This document shows, in pieces, positions 10,348 through 20,966 of a stretch of DNA of 39,122 nt. The position numbers and the translations under genes are program-made. The notes under the pieces were generated by a model, which was not told the origin of the DNA, did no database searches, and saw nothing but the letters and a program-made list of their open reading frames with translations. Position 1 is the stretch's first letter. Each line of letters begins with the position of its first letter. Source of the stretch: a virus (lineage: Duplodnaviria; Heunggongvirae; Uroviricota; Caudoviricetes); the IMG/VR virus record IMGVR_UViG_2869924733_000008. One strand, 5' to 3'.

Positions 10348-11800
10348 TGAGGTAGCCTGAGTTTAACGGACACTCCTTCCTGAAATAGAATGGCATCAGA
10401 AGGAGCTAATAATGAGCAGAAAAACCCAACGTTACTCTAAAGAGTTCAAAGCCGAAGCTGTCAGAACGGTTCTTGAAAATCAACTTTCGATCAGTGAAGG
10501 CGCTTCCCGATTATCCCTTCCTGAAGGCACTTTAGGACAATGGGTTACCGCCGCCAGAAAAGGGCTCGGTACTCCTGGTTCCCGCACGGTGGCTGAACTG
10601 GAATCTGAAATTCTGCAACTGCGTAAGGCGTTAAATGAAGCTCGCCTTGAGCGAGATATATTAAAAAAAGCAACTGTAGATTCAATTGGTCAACGCAACA
10701 GTTATGTGAAAACATGGGGTTGCGGAGGTTTTTTGAATGAGACGAACATTTACAGCAGAGGAAAAAGCCTCTGTTTTTGAACTATGGAAGAACGGAACAG
10801 GCTTCAGTGAAATAGCGAATATCCTGGGTTCAAAACCCGGAACGATCTTCACTATGTTAAGGGATACTGGCGGCATAAAACCCCATGAGCGTAAGCGGGC
10901 TGTAGCTCACCTGACACTGTCTGAGCGCGAGGAGATACGAGCTGGTTTGTCAGCCAAAATGAGCATTCGTGCGATAGCTACTGCGCTGAATCGCAGTCCT
11001 TCGACGATCTCACGTGAAGTTCAGCGTAATCGGGGCAGACGCTATTACAAAGCTGTTGATGCTAATAACCGAGCCAACAGAATGGCGAAAAGGCCAAAAC
11101 CGTGCTTACTGGATCAAAATTTACCATTGCGAAAGCTTGTTCTGGAAAAGCTGGAGATGAAATGGTCTCCAGAGCAAATATCAGGATGGTTAAGGCGAAC
11201 AAAACCACGTCAAAAAACGCTGCGAATATCACCTGAGACAATTTATAAAACGCTGTACTTTCGTAGCCGTGAAGCGCTACACCACCTGAATATACAGCAT
11301 CTGCGACGGTCGCATAGCCTTCGCCATGGCAGGCGTCATACCCGCAAAGGCGAAAGAGGTACGATTAACATAGTGAACGGAACACCAATTCACGAACGTT
11401 CCCGAAATATCGATAACAGACGCTCTCTGGGGCATTGGGAGGGCGATTTAGTCTCAGGTACAAAAAACTCTCATATAGCCACACTTGTAGACCGAAAATC
11501 ACGTTATACGATCATCCTTAGACTCAGGGGCAAAGATTCTGTCTCAGTAAATCAGGCTCTTACCGACAAATTCCTGAGTTTACCGTCAGAACTCAGAAAA
11601 TCACTGACATGGGACAGAGGAATGGAACTGGCCAGACATCTAGAATTTACTGTCAGCACCGGCGTTAAAGTTTACTTCTGCGATCCTCAGAGTCCTTGGC
11701 AGCGGGGAACAAATGAGAACACAAATGGGCTAATTCGGCAGTACTTTCCTAAAAAGACATGTCTTGCCCAATATACTCAACATGAACTAGGCTGTGTCCC

Positions 11801-12316
11801 TTAATTACGTAAGCGTTGATAAAAGAGTCGGATGCAGCCCAGTTTCACCATCGCCAGGTAATTTCTCGCCGTTTTGTCGTAACGCGTGGCGATGCGGCGA
11901 TATTCTTTCAGCCGCCCAAAGCACCGTTCAACGACATTACGATTGCAGTACGCATCACGATCAAGCTGTGCACGTCCATCCGATGCCATTTTCTCATTTG
12001 ACTTTCGGGGGATTACTGCCTTTATACCGTTATTTTTCAGCTCGTTGCGCAATGCGCGCCCTGAATACGCTTTATCAGCCAGTACCGCATGTCCACGGCG
12101 TTTCATGCTGCCGTTCTGACGCTGAACGCCAATCCCGTCCAGAAGTCGTTGCGCGAACTGGCTTTCATGAGCTTGTCCGGGGCTTAGCACGATATTTAAC
12201 GGGAGGCCACTTCCGTCTGTTGCCAGATGGATTTTGGTGCCAAAACCGCCGCGAGAGCGACCCAGCCCATTATCTCCGTCGATATCGGGATGTTTTTTTG
12301 AGCACCGGCGGCACAT
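11801..12316 (-). CDS. IS5-family transposase orfB (DDE region; probably joined to orfA by frameshifting)
   Basis: Overlaps orfA by about 120 nt in another frame; contains DKAYSG, typical of DDE transposases of this group. Confidence 0.5.
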   Translation of the reverse strand: MCRRCSKKHPDIDGDNGLGRSRGGFGTKIHLATDGSGLPLNIVLSPGQAHESQFAQRLLDGIGVQRQNGSMKRRGHAVLADKAYSGRALRNELKNNGIKAVIPRKSNEKMASDGRAQLDRDAYCNRNVVERCFGRLKEYRRIATRYDKTARNYLAMVKLGCIRLFYQRLRN

Positions 12317-12645
12317 TTCAGCGCCCGGATATTACTGCCATCCAGCGCGGTGGCAGACCAGTCAATAAAGCCGTTTGCATCAAGTAGCGAAAGCAACCTG
12401 TTGAAAATAATATTAATCACGCCTGACTTTGACCATCGGTTAAAGCGGTTATAAACAGTTTTCCATGACCCATATCGTTCGGGTAAATCGCGCCATGGTG
12501 CACCGGAACATAACACCCAGAACATGCCATTGATGATTTTACGGTGCTCAGCCCATGGGCGTCCGGCCCGTGGTGTGGCGGGTTCAGGAGGTAACAGGGG
12601 CTTGATGATGGTCCATGCCTCATCGGGAAGGTCGTAGCGAGCCAT
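12196..12645 (-). CDS. IS5-family transposase orfA (149 aa)
   Basis: Contains ..PWRDLPERYGSWKTVYNRFNRWSKSGV.., a motif typical of the N-terminal part of IS5-family (IS427-group) transposases. Confidence 0.6.
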   Translation of the reverse strand: MARYDLPDEAWTIIKPLLPPEPATPRAGRPWAEHRKIINGMFWVLCSGAPWRDLPERYGSWKTVYNRFNRWSKSGVINIIFNRLLSLLDANGFIDWSATALDGSNIRALKCAAGAQKNIPISTEIMGWVALAAVLAPKSIWQQTEVASR

Positions 12646-12890
12646 AGTTCAATATGTTGTGTAAACAGACAGTTACTATAGCTCAGATGATTAAGGGACA
12701 CAGCCTAGATCTGGTTGCTGCTCAGCTAAACAACAGACCGAGAAAGACACTGAAGTTCAAAACACCGAAAGAGATAATTGAAAGGGGTGTTGCATTGACA
12801 GATTGAATCTACAACAGCGTATTTTGCACAGGAGTCGCTGAAAAATACGCGTTAATCGAACAATGGCGACAACAATTTCCCATTGAAGCG

Positions 12891-13709
12891 ATGTGTCAGG
12901 TATTTGGTGTATCCAGGAGCGGTTATTACAACTGGGTACAGCATGAACCCTCAGACAGAAAACAAAGTGATGAGCGGCTAAAACTGGAGATTAAGGTGGC
13001 ACATATCCGCACTCGCGAAACATATGGAACCCGGCGGCTCCAGACGGAGCTGGCAGAGAATGGCATCATCGTTGGTCGTGACCGACTGGCACGTCTTCGT
13101 AAGGAGCTAAGGCTACGCTGTAAGCAGAAACGCAAGTTCAGAGCGACTACGAACCCGAACCACAATCTGCCAGTTGCGCCAAATCTGCTGAACCAGACGT
13201 TCGCTCCTACAGCACCAAATCAGGTCTGGGTGGCGGACCTGACGTATGTTGCCACACAGGAGGGATGGTTGTACCTCGCTGGCATCAAAGATGTTTATAC
13301 GTGCGAAATTGTCGGCTACGCCATGGGAGAGCGCATGACAAAAGAGCTGACAGGTAAAGCCCTGTTTATGGCGCTCAGGAGCCAGCGCCCACCTGCCGGG
13401 CTAATCCACCACTCTGATCGAGGTTCACAGTACTGCGCATACGATTACCGGGTCATACAGGAGCAGTTTGGTCTGAAAACATCAATGTCGCGTAAAGGTA
13501 ACAGTTACGACAACGCTCCGATGGAAAGCTTCTGGGGAACGCTGAAAAATGAGAGCCTGAGCCACTATCGTTTTAATAACCGGGATGAAGCCATCTCAGT
13601 AATACGGGAATACATTGAGATTTTCTACAATCGTCAGCGTCGTCACTCTCGTCTGGGGAATATCTCCCCGGCAGCCTTCAGGGAAAAATATCATCAGATG
13701 GCTGCTTAA
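12891..13709 (+). CDS. IS600 orfB (transposase catalytic part, 272 aa)
   Basis: [25 protein letters not shown]... with DDE-type motifs (..[11 protein letters not shown].., ..[10 protein letters not shown]..); follows orfA of the same element. Confidence 0.8.
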   Translation: MCQVFGVSRSGYYNWVQHEPSDRKQSDERLKLEIKVAHIRTRETYGTRRLQTELAENGIIVGRDRLARLRKELRLRCKQKRKFRATTNPNHNLPVAPNLLNQTFAPTAPNQVWVADLTYVATQEGWLYLAGIKDVYTCEIVGYAMGERMTKELTGKALFMALRSQRPPAGLIHHSDRGSQYCAYDYRVIQEQFGLKTSMSRKGNSYDNAPMESFWGTLKNESLSHYRFNNRDEAISVIREYIEIFYNRQRRHSRLGNISPAAFREKYHQMAA

Positions 13710-13752
13710 AAAAAGAACAAATGGTAGTGTCCGCTATTGCCAGTACACCTCA

Positions 13753-15064
13753 TTGTTAATCTGTTTCTTCTGCGCCTCCGTCAGTGTCACCCCTTCACGG
13801 ATCCCTCCCCAGCGTTTGTACTGCTGGATAACGTCACTCATTGACGCTGCAACCAGCGCCCGCCCTTCATTGTTGTAGGGGATCGTCTGGTTTGACTTGA
13901 ATAACGCGATCACCGCCCCCTGCAAACTGGCATTCAGCCAGATTTGCCCGCAGAAACTGTCCAGCCATTTAAAATCACCGGTAATAGTGCCATCCGCCCA
14001 GTAATCTTCCACCACACTGTTTTCCGCATATTTTCCGTAGAAATTGTAACCTGCGGCGATCAGCGCATCATAATCGCTGCCACTGGTAACATCAGCGGCC
14101 AGCCCCTCATACTCGCGGAACTTGAATGATACACACCCCTCTGGTCGGACAAAATCAAGGCACGCTGCATACCCCAGTACCGCTGCAGCCCGGTTACCAT
14201 CAGTCGCGAAAACAGGTACAACAGAGCTGTAGTTATTGACAGCAATTATCTGGTAAGCGATGTGTTCAGTACTGCCTTTTACTCTGGCGTTGCCGCTGGT
14301 TGTCCATGCCACATAAAAGTAACGCTTGCCCTGCCCGTTTGCCCATGCAGAAAACGCCAGGTGTTGCTCGTCAGTGACCTCAGATACCGTGGAAAAACCC
14401 GCCCATTGCTGGGAAGCGGCCTTAATGGCTGCCATTGTGTCAGGGACATCAGATACAGGCGCGCCCCGGGATATCACCGCACCGGTGTTACTGGTCATCT
14501 TCAGGAGTTCTGTGCCGATCCACTGCCGAACGTTATCGTGGTACTCCCGGGTTTCGCCCCGGCGACAGTAATGACAAAAGCATTCTGTGTGGTATCGAAT
14601 ACCACTGTAGCCACTGCTGCGGTCAGCGCTGTCTGTAGTGCCGTTGCAGCAGCGGCGAAGCTGGCGACACCGTTAAAATTCACTTCAATGCTGACGCTTT
14701 TCCCGTTAATACTCAGCATCAGCGTGCCGGAAAGTTTTTGTAGCTGTTCAACAGTCGCGCCCTTAAACGAACCGCTACGTAACCAGGCCGCCGATGGGGC
14801 AGGACTGAAACGGGAAAACAACAATTGCCCCGGCGTCCTGGTGGCATTTTTGAAGCCCTGGAAATAAAGCTGAGCGCGTGCGTACTCATCGGATAATGCA
14901 CCAAAATACGCGGCCACATCATCCGGAGAGGAAAACGGAACCACAGTGCCGACCGGAAGTAACGGATTACTGGTCAACAGCAGGCCGTTAAGATCGACGG
15001 CATTACCCGCCACAGCCAGCACACCGGGATTTATCTGTACATCTTTACTGAGTGGAATTGGCAT
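13753..15064 (-). pseudogene. Tail sheath protein gene, frameshifted and 3'-truncated by IS600
   Basis: Two ORFs in different frames (14501-15064 and 13734-14498) switch near 14498-14503. The last five codons and the stop of the downstream ORF lie inside IS600. Sheath assignment is by size, position and N-terminal pattern (recall). Confidence 0.5.
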
Positions 15065-15590
15065 TATCAGCCTCCGTTGTCCGGGTGATCACGTTGTCAA
15101 AAAACATCAGGGAAGTTGTGACCACAGGGTTAATCTGCATCTGAATATCAAGCGTCCAGCGCGGTTCATACTGTTGCTGACCGTTGGGGAATGTGGTGTT
15201 AAAGGGCTCTGAGCAATACAGCGGGGAAATCAGCCCACCGCCCTGCCGGAAAAGCCGTACGGAAAATTCAGACCGGAAAAGCGTTGCCAGCACCTGCGCG
15301 TTATCTGCCGCGTGAGGGCCGTAGAAATCAAGCTGGCAACGCCATTTTGTGGTACGGGTGATATGCTGAGAGCCCTCACCAGCCTGCGCTGGCGCAGAAT
15401 ATGCCACTACCGCAGTGGATAATCCGGTAACATCAATGCCCGTCATGGTGATGAAATTCCCCTGAGGCATCGGGACCTGGTTCTGCTGCGTTCGTTCAAT
15501 CCCGGCATCAGAAAAAAGCCCCCGGAGATAATCACCGAGGGCCTGATAAAGAGCGCTTTCCGTAACGGAGAGGGTCACACCTGAAGGCAT
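15045..15590 (-). CDS. Phage structural-module protein, function unknown (neck/tail completion position)
   Basis: 181-aa ORF, tightly packed with overlapping start/stop in the head-tail joining region. Confidence 0.4.
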   Translation of the reverse strand: MPSGVTLSVTESALYQALGDYLRGLFSDAGIERTQQNQVPMPQGNFITMTGIDVTGLSTAVVAYSAPAQAGEGSQHITRTTKWRCQLDFYGPHAADNAQVLATLFRSEFSVRLFRQGGGLISPLYCSEPFNTTFPNGQQQYEPRWTLDIQMQINPVVTTSLMFFDNVITRTTEADNANSTQ

Positions 15591-15940
15591 ACAATAACCC
15601 TCGTCCAGTCAGGCCAGATTTCCGGTACCTCAATCACCAGCCACGTTTCATCGCCAATAACAAATTTATCGCCTCCCTGTTGCCGGGCACGGTTAAGCCC
15701 GCACCAGTTACCATCGGTATACAATGTGGCGAAAACTCCCTGCTGGTTAAGATTATCAAGATGACGTAAATCAGCCTGGGTGACAGCCTGCTTTTGCACC
15801 CTGACAGAAACCGGATCTTCATACTCAGGTACGCGGGAATAATCTGCCTGCTGTGTACTCCCGCGGGAACGATAAACCAGCGCGTCTGTAAAGGGATTTA
15901 CCCGACGTACTGCGCCGGAAACAATACCGTGAAAGTTCAT
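15575..15940 (-). CDS. Phage structural-module protein, function unknown
   Basis: 121-aa ORF with ATGA overlap to the upstream gene. Confidence 0.4.
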   Translation of the reverse strand: MNFHGIVSGAVRRVNPFTDALVYRSRGSTQQADYSRVPEYEDPVSVRVQKQAVTQADLRHLDNLNQQGVFATLYTDGNWCGLNRARQQGGDKFVIGDETWLVIEVPEIWPDWTRVIVCLQV

Positions 15941-16521
15941 TTTTTGCCCCCGTCTACAGAATAATCAACGCTGTCCATCATATGTCCGGTTTCAATAAGC
16001 GGGTTGTTAAAACCCTTTTGCCGGGCAGTGGATGCAGCGTTGGGCGGACTTTCCCAGTCGCGAACAGACATCTGCAACTGCCCTTTGATATGTTCTCCCA
16101 TACACACCAGAGCGGTCGCAGTATCAAAATCATTCGCCCGTAATAAGGTCGCCATTTTTTCGCCCCATTCGGGACTTTTATGTTCGATCATCTTACGGAA
16201 GAACGGACGGGGGGGAATGGTGACCGTGTGCTCAGGAATAACCACATCCTGAACAAAATTCCCTTTACCGGCTTTGACAAAGCGGTGCCCGGTTTCTCCC
16301 GTTTTTTCGTTATAGCGAAAGTGGAGCGTCTGCTCACGGGCGGGTATGACCGCTCTTCCACCAAACTCCTGAACTGCGGCAATATAAGCCACTGACGTAC
16401 CGTCAGGGTAAGTTGCTCCCTCAAGAAAACCCACTTTGAGTTTTTTACCCAATGAAAGGTTCGCGGCAACCTGTTTCAGCTTCTGCCGGAACTGTTTGCC
16501 ACCTGTGACTTTATTTACCAT
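15937..16521 (-). CDS. Head-tail connector protein (HK97 gp10-like, tentative)
   Basis: Probable start is the internal ATG at 16521 ([11 protein letters not shown]...); the longer ORF to 16791 would overlap the upstream gene. Family call is from weak recalled similarity. Confidence 0.4.
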   Translation of the reverse strand: MVNKVTGGKQFRQKLKQVAANLSLGKKLKVGFLEGATYPDGTSVAYIAAVQEFGGRAVIPAREQTLHFRYNEKTGETGHRFVKAGKGNFVQDVVIPEHTVTIPPRPFFRKMIEHKSPEWGEKMATLLRANDFDTATALVCMGEHIKGQLQMSVRDWESPPNAASTARQKGFNNPLIETGHMMDSVDYSVDGGKK

Positions 16522-16969
16522 CGACGCCCCTCCCGTATCCCCGGTAATAATGCCCCGGATATCGCGAAGGTGACCCCCCGGAATGATACTGCATTGAGCG
16601 GTATGGCGCTGTCGCCTGCCAGTAGTCAGCACCCCAGGGGGTCTGGAGATACCACCACGACGCATCATTACTGCCGCTATTATCCACCGATACCGATACA
16701 GAACCTTCCGACGCACTGGTGATACGCCCCACCAGACCAGCCTGCCCGTCTCTCCCGTTTCCCAGCCCCCGCAATGCGCACAGATGCGCAACCAGCAGGA
16801 ACAGAAGCTGTTCCCGCTCCTTCAGGTCGGTAACCGGACTGTCGTCCGTGTTATCCTGGTACAACGCGGTCGCCTGGTTAAACACCGCCGTCAGTAGCTC
16901 CGGTGTCACCGTGGAAAACTCCGGGTACAGACTGACAAACATCCGACAGTCAAACATCACCGTACCCAT
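16511..16969 (-). CDS. Head completion/connector protein (DUF4054-like)
   Basis: 152-aa ORF in the conserved slot after the capsid gene; N-terminal ..[14 protein letters not shown].. pattern (recall). Confidence 0.4.
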   Translation of the reverse strand: MGTVMFDCRMFVSLYPEFSTVTPELLTAVFNQATALYQDNTDDSPVTDLKEREQLLFLLVAHLCALRGLGNGRDGQAGLVGRITSASEGSVSVSVDNSGSNDASWWYLQTPWGADYWQATAPYRSMQYHSGGSPSRYPGHYYRGYGRGVDGK

Positions 16970-16974
16970 AGCGT

Positions 16975-17322
16975 TTACTCCTGAGGTTTACCCATCACTT
17001 CATCATTGCGGTTAACGCCCGGAGCCGGATTTTTCTGCGGCAGCGGTTCAAGGCCGGATTTAACGGCTTTCTGCTCCGTAGCCTGCGAGACTGCACTGTT
17101 CGCCTTATCCTGCGCAAAAATAACGCCATTTTTCACATAAGGTTGCTGTCCGTGCTCCGCCAGCCAGGCGTCAAAAAACACCTTATCGACCTGCGTCAGA
17201 CCATAGCCCCCCACAATTTTAACCGCGTTATTCCGCCAGCCTGTCACCTGAACCCGTTTCTGCCCCACTTCCAGCACCAGACCGTTCGGCAGTTTACAGC
17301 CCACTGTTACCATTTCAGCCAT
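16975..17322 (-). CDS. Small phage head-associated protein, function unknown
   Basis: 115-aa ORF between the capsid and connector genes. Confidence 0.35.
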   Translation of the reverse strand: MAEMVTVGCKLPNGLVLEVGQKRVQVTGWRNNAVKIVGGYGLTQVDKVFFDAWLAEHGQQPYVKNGVIFAQDKANSAVSQATEQKAVKSGLEPLPQKNPAPGVNRNDEVMGKPQE

Positions 17323-17325
17323 AAC

Positions 17326-18354
17326 TCACACCCCAAGCATTTGTGCATACGCCAGCGGCTGGCGAATAATCGCCCCCCAGGTACCAGCGGATTTTTTCTG
17401 TTTCCAGGAAGACGTATCTACCCCTACCGCATGGGCGCGCATTTTTTCAGTGAAAGCGCAATAGCCTGTATCCTGTTCACCCAGACGCTCCGCGATAAGC
17501 TGTACCAGCTCGCCAGCGTCAGAGGTGTATTCCACCGCCGTTTCAATGGTCATCGCCGGGAAATTTTTCGCCAGCAGATCGGACACGTTAACCCTGTACT
17601 GGTTTGTTTTGGTGAGGTTCACCTCTGCCAGCGGCGACATGCACAGTTTCATTTTGTCGGTACGCTCAATATGACCGTTAGTCTGTTTCACCAGTTGCTT
17701 AAAGAGTTTCACGATATCGTCATACACGCCCTGTCCGTCCTTGTCGTCCCACTTCAGTTTACCGTCAACGGTATCCGGGGTGATTGGTGCAGATAACGAC
17801 GGATCATTCAGCAAACCGTAGTTCGTCAGTCCGGCAATACCGTAGAAATAGGACTTATTCTGGAACTTATTCAGCGTCAGTGCTGACGCCACGTTCAGCT
17901 CTGCCGCCCAGCCAATACGGGCTGCGCCGTACATCTCCAGCTCACGTTCGCCCCATACGGTGAAGGTCTGGAAGTGATAGCTCTGGCGCGGTACCCAGTT
18001 GACGTTTGCGCTTACCACCCCGTTGTTGCTGTAATCCCCGTAGGAACTCACCTCCCCGTCAGATTCTGCAATCGGGAATTGTGCCGACAGTGTCGTCCAG
18101 TCACCTTTTTTGGTTTCGCCCAGAATCTGAGCGGCTTTCATCGGCGTCACCAGCACGCGGATCAGTTCTGGCTCAACGTAATTGGTGAAATACGCAGGGA
18201 TACCGCTGTTAGCCGCTGTGACCAGCGCAGGCTGCGCGTCCATCGCCAGTCCGTAATCGGCGGCGTACTCCTTCGGCAAATAAGCCTGTGCTCCGGGAAG
18301 AATAATCCCGTAGTCGCGACTTGCCGTCGCATAATGCTGTTTAAATTTATTCAT
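17326..18354 (-). CDS. Major capsid protein (putative)
   Basis: 342-aa ORF in the canonical position downstream of the portal/scaffold genes; size and composition fit a major capsid protein. Confidence 0.5.
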   Translation of the reverse strand: MNKFKQHYATASRDYGIILPGAQAYLPKEYAADYGLAMDAQPALVTAANSGIPAYFTNYVEPELIRVLVTPMKAAQILGETKKGDWTTLSAQFPIAESDGEVSSYGDYSNNGVVSANVNWVPRQSYHFQTFTVWGERELEMYGAARIGWAAELNVASALTLNKFQNKSYFYGIAGLTNYGLLNDPSLSAPITPDTVDGKLKWDDKDGQGVYDDIVKLFKQLVKQTNGHIERTDKMKLCMSPLAEVNLTKTNQYRVNVSDLLAKNFPAMTIETAVEYTSDAGELVQLIAERLGEQDTGYCAFTEKMRAHAVGVDTSSWKQKKSAGTWGAIIRQPLAYAQMLGV

Positions 18355-18836
18355 TATTTGCTCCAGGTACTGATCTTAATGACTTCTTTTGCCGCCGCAG
18401 CGCTGGCAACGGAAAACCAGGTTTCGACAAACCCCGCCATCGAGGTGCCAGCCGCCCCCGTGGCTATCTCCCCGGTGGCCAGTGAGGCAAATACTTTCTG
18501 CCCGATCGTCGCAGTAGTGGTGGTCAGCGCCCAGAAATCCCCCGACACCATCAGGGTGCATTCACGCCCCGGATAAATGGTGTTCGAGTCCCCGGCCAGC
18601 CATTCCACAATGGAAGCCTGCCCGTCACGAGGAACAAAACCCGCCGGTGCGCCGGCCCCCTTATTAGCGGCAACACCTTTGGTTACCCAGGCAAACCGGG
18701 CAATTACCAGCCCGTCAGGGCCGGTAATCAGCCCGCCATCTCCCGCCACATACGAGGCATGAGGGTTAGCACTGGCAAACGCCCCCGGAATACCCGGTGC
18801 CGGGTACTGGTTCATGTGTGTCTGAAAAGTATTCAT
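18354..18836 (-). CDS. Head structural/decoration-type protein (putative)
   Basis: 160 aa, Gly/Ala-rich, directly upstream of the capsid gene with a 1-nt overlap. Confidence 0.35.
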   Translation of the reverse strand: MNTFQTHMNQYPAPGIPGAFASANPHASYVAGDGGLITGPDGLVIARFAWVTKGVAANKGAGAPAGFVPRDGQASIVEWLAGDSNTIYPGRECTLMVSGDFWALTTTTATIGQKVFASLATGEIATGAAGTSMAGFVETWFSVASAAAAKEVIKISTWSK

Positions 18837-18837
18837 A

Positions 18838-20198
18838 TCAGTAACCTCGTTTCAGTTTTGCACCGGGGAAATCTGCCGCAAACGTCGATGCGCTGGCCTG
18901 ATCCATCGCCACACGGGGAGAGGATTTGGCCGTCTGCTTCTGCTCAACGGCAAACTTCACCATGCTGCGGTACGCACCGGGGTGAATACCCTGAATATCG
19001 ATCCCCGTCTGTTCCAGCGCGGTACGGTAAACATCTTCGGCGCAGTCCATCGCCACCACATCGCCACCACATCGCCAATCAGCGGTCGCACTTCAGCTTC
19101 AGCCACACGGACGGCGCGGAAATTTTCAGCAGCCCGTTTCGTTGCCTGGTCAGTTGCCAGCCTGATTGCTGCATCCATCGCAGGTTTATCGACTTTCACA
19201 TCGTCGGGTTTCACATCAGCCTCTTTTGTTTCGGGGGCTTCGTCGGTTGTCGGAGACAGTGCGGATTTAATTTTTTCCAGCACATCATCAGGAACTTTGC
19301 CGGACAGCAACGCCAGTACACTTTCCATCGGGCTGTCGGTATCAAATGCCTTCGACTCGTCAGTTAACCCGGTATCATCATCCCCGACCAGCTCCGGTAC
19401 GGCTTCTGCTGATTCCATCAGTTGCGCCAGCTCCACCGGTTCAATATCCATATCCTGTGCCAGCCGTTCGCTGTAAGCAGTTTTTACCGCGCTGGCGATA
19501 GCTGCCGGACGCTTATACTGCGCCATCAGGCGTAACAAATCCCCGGGAGCCGCATCCTGCGCCAGACGCGGCGCAAGATAGGTTCCCAGCGCGGTAAGCA
19601 CCGCCACTTCTTTTTTACTCAGTTTCATGCGTTTTAGCTCCTGAGGGAGAGAGTCCATAACAAGACAGTCCGACCCTACCCGGCCATCGCCGACCAGGGC
19701 CACATGATTTCCCACGATATTCCGCATAACGCCGTCATACGGCTCACCGTCGGGGGTGGTTCCCGGCGTCATATCTGCCACATAGGCATATGACGATGAG
19801 ATTTCCCGTTGTTCATCCGTTTCTATCCCCGCGATGGCGGAGTTGTCCCAGATGGACATGCCGTTAACCAGATAGGTACCGTCAAACTCGCTGTTGGCAT
19901 GAGTCGTCCCCACCCGGTACTCGCGCGCGGGCGCGCCCGGATAATCGGGTTTGTGTCGGCACAGGACGGGAATATTGTTGAAGGTTGAAACTGCCTTGCG
20001 CAGTTCATCGGGGTCACGGTAAAGCTGATAAAGTTTTTTGGGGTCGAGTCCCAGCGCTTCCGCCCCCGGTATTTCATACCCGAAATAACCGCAGACGTTC
20101 GCCTTGCTGAGATTACTGCGCTCAATCTGGAGGCGACCGACTTTATCGAACTGCCTTACCGATGCCCGGTCAAACGCCAGCATTTCGGTAATAATCAT
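18838..20198 (-). pseudogene. Head scaffold/protease-like gene, frameshifted by an 11-bp tandem duplication
   Basis: Removing one copy of the duplicated 11-mer at 19051-19072 joins ..PLIGDVVAM to [13 protein letters not shown]... (ORF 18838-19059) in frame. Probable start is the ATG at 20198 ([10 protein letters not shown]..). Confidence 0.6.
19051..19072. repeat. Perfect 11-bp tandem duplication (CGCCACCACAT x2 on the plus strand) inside a head gene
   Basis: Read directly from the sequence; causes a frame change in the minus-strand gene. Confidence 0.9.
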
Positions 20199-20966
20199 TT
20201 TTTCTCCAGTCCGGGAATAACGGCCTCCCAGCCACACCGGCAGTTGATTTCTTCGCCCGGCAGTACCCACTTACCATCCAGAAACATCCCCTTTCGCAGG
20301 TCAAACCGTTTACCGTTCGCCTTCACATGCGACGGACGCCATGTTTTACCCGCGCGGGAATGCCTCCAGACACCTTCAGTGATACCCACCGAACGCTGTC
20401 TGGCGGCCTGCATTACCGACGTTGCCTTATTGTTCTGGTCGCGGGCAATCAGCACCGCGCGCCGTCGTGTGATGCCGTAACGTTTTTCCAGTTCATCGGT
20501 CAGCGTTTTCAGGTCACGTCCCCGGCCAACAGACTGCATGACCAGTGTTTCCACCTGGGGGAGATGTTGCTGCGGGATGGAGCGAATGAGGTTCACATTC
20601 TCCGTGATGCTGGCCTGAAGTGCGGTATTCATCTCCGTTGTCATACGGAAAGGAACCGTAAACCCGGCATCACGGAGCGCAGTGTACAGTGACGCATCGC
20701 TGTTTTTCAGGACATCACCGGCAAACCGCCTCGCCAGCCGCAGGGCCATTTCGTCAAAATTTTTCTGCCAGCGCCGGGCAAGTTGCTGCATGGCACCACG
20801 CATCAGGTTAACGGGGGACGCATCCTGCGCGAGGTCTGTTTTACGGTACTCAGCCCGCAGCCAGTAAAGTACACTGTTGTGCATCCCACTGACGGCATTA
20901 TCCAGTTGTCTGCGGTACCAGGCCTCAATCCCCGCGTTGGGTGAAATCCGCCTCAGGGTCTGCATT
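20195..20966 (-). CDS. Head morphogenesis protein (Mu F / SPP1 gp7-like)
   Basis: Sits between the portal and scaffold-like genes; C-terminal ..[10 protein letters not shown].. fits the Mu-F-like family. Start is ambiguous: Met at 21016, 20966 or 20881. Confidence 0.55.

Larger units (their letters stand above)
11791..12704 (-). mobile_element. IS5-family element (IS427-group-like), 914 bp
   Basis: 15-bp perfect terminal inverted repeats GCTGTGTCCCTTAAT; flanked by a 4-bp CTAG duplication (11787-90 and 12705-08); two overlapping transposase ORFs. Confidence 0.65.
10737..12806 (+). pseudogene. insI: IS30 transposase gene, disrupted at codon ~352 by the IS5-family insertion
   Basis: Identical to the intact 383-aa copies up to ..AQYTQHEL, then diverges at the insertion at 11790/11791. 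Confidence 0.9.
10675..12813 (+). mobile_element. IS30 copy interrupted by an IS5-family element
   Basis: IS30 ends TGTAGATTCAATTGG... and ...GATTGAATCTACA, flanked by a 2-bp AC duplication (10673-74 and 12814-15). 2139 bp = 1221 + 914 + 4. Confidence 0.9.
10412..12855 (+). pseudogene. IS600 orfA, interrupted by IS30 after codons ..ILKKAT
   Basis: MSRKTQRYSKEFKAEAV... up to KKAT at 10674; the last 12 codons AYFAQESLKNTR resume after the IS30 at 12816. Confidence 0.75.
10348..13752 (+). mobile_element. IS600 (IS3 family) copy 1, carrying a nested IS30 that itself carries an IS5-family element
   Basis: Ends TGAGGTAGCC... and ...ACACCTCA. Span of 3405 bp equals 1264 (IS600) + 1221 (IS30) + 2 + 914 + 4. 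No flanking direct repeat: phage sheath sequence on one side, IS66 fragment on the other. Confidence 0.75.

Noticed and set aside
12417-12701. ORF 12417-12701 and other short ORFs inside IS elements (e.g. 24349-24576, 24652-25083, 27736-27978)
   Set aside because: Antisense or alternative-frame ORFs within well-defined transposase genes; no independent support.
6840-14505. Programmed ribosomal frameshifting as the explanation for the split baseplate J and sheath ORFs
   Set aside because: Programmed frameshifts in tailed phages are established for tail assembly chaperones, not for sheath or baseplate J; no slippery heptamer was evident at the frame switches.
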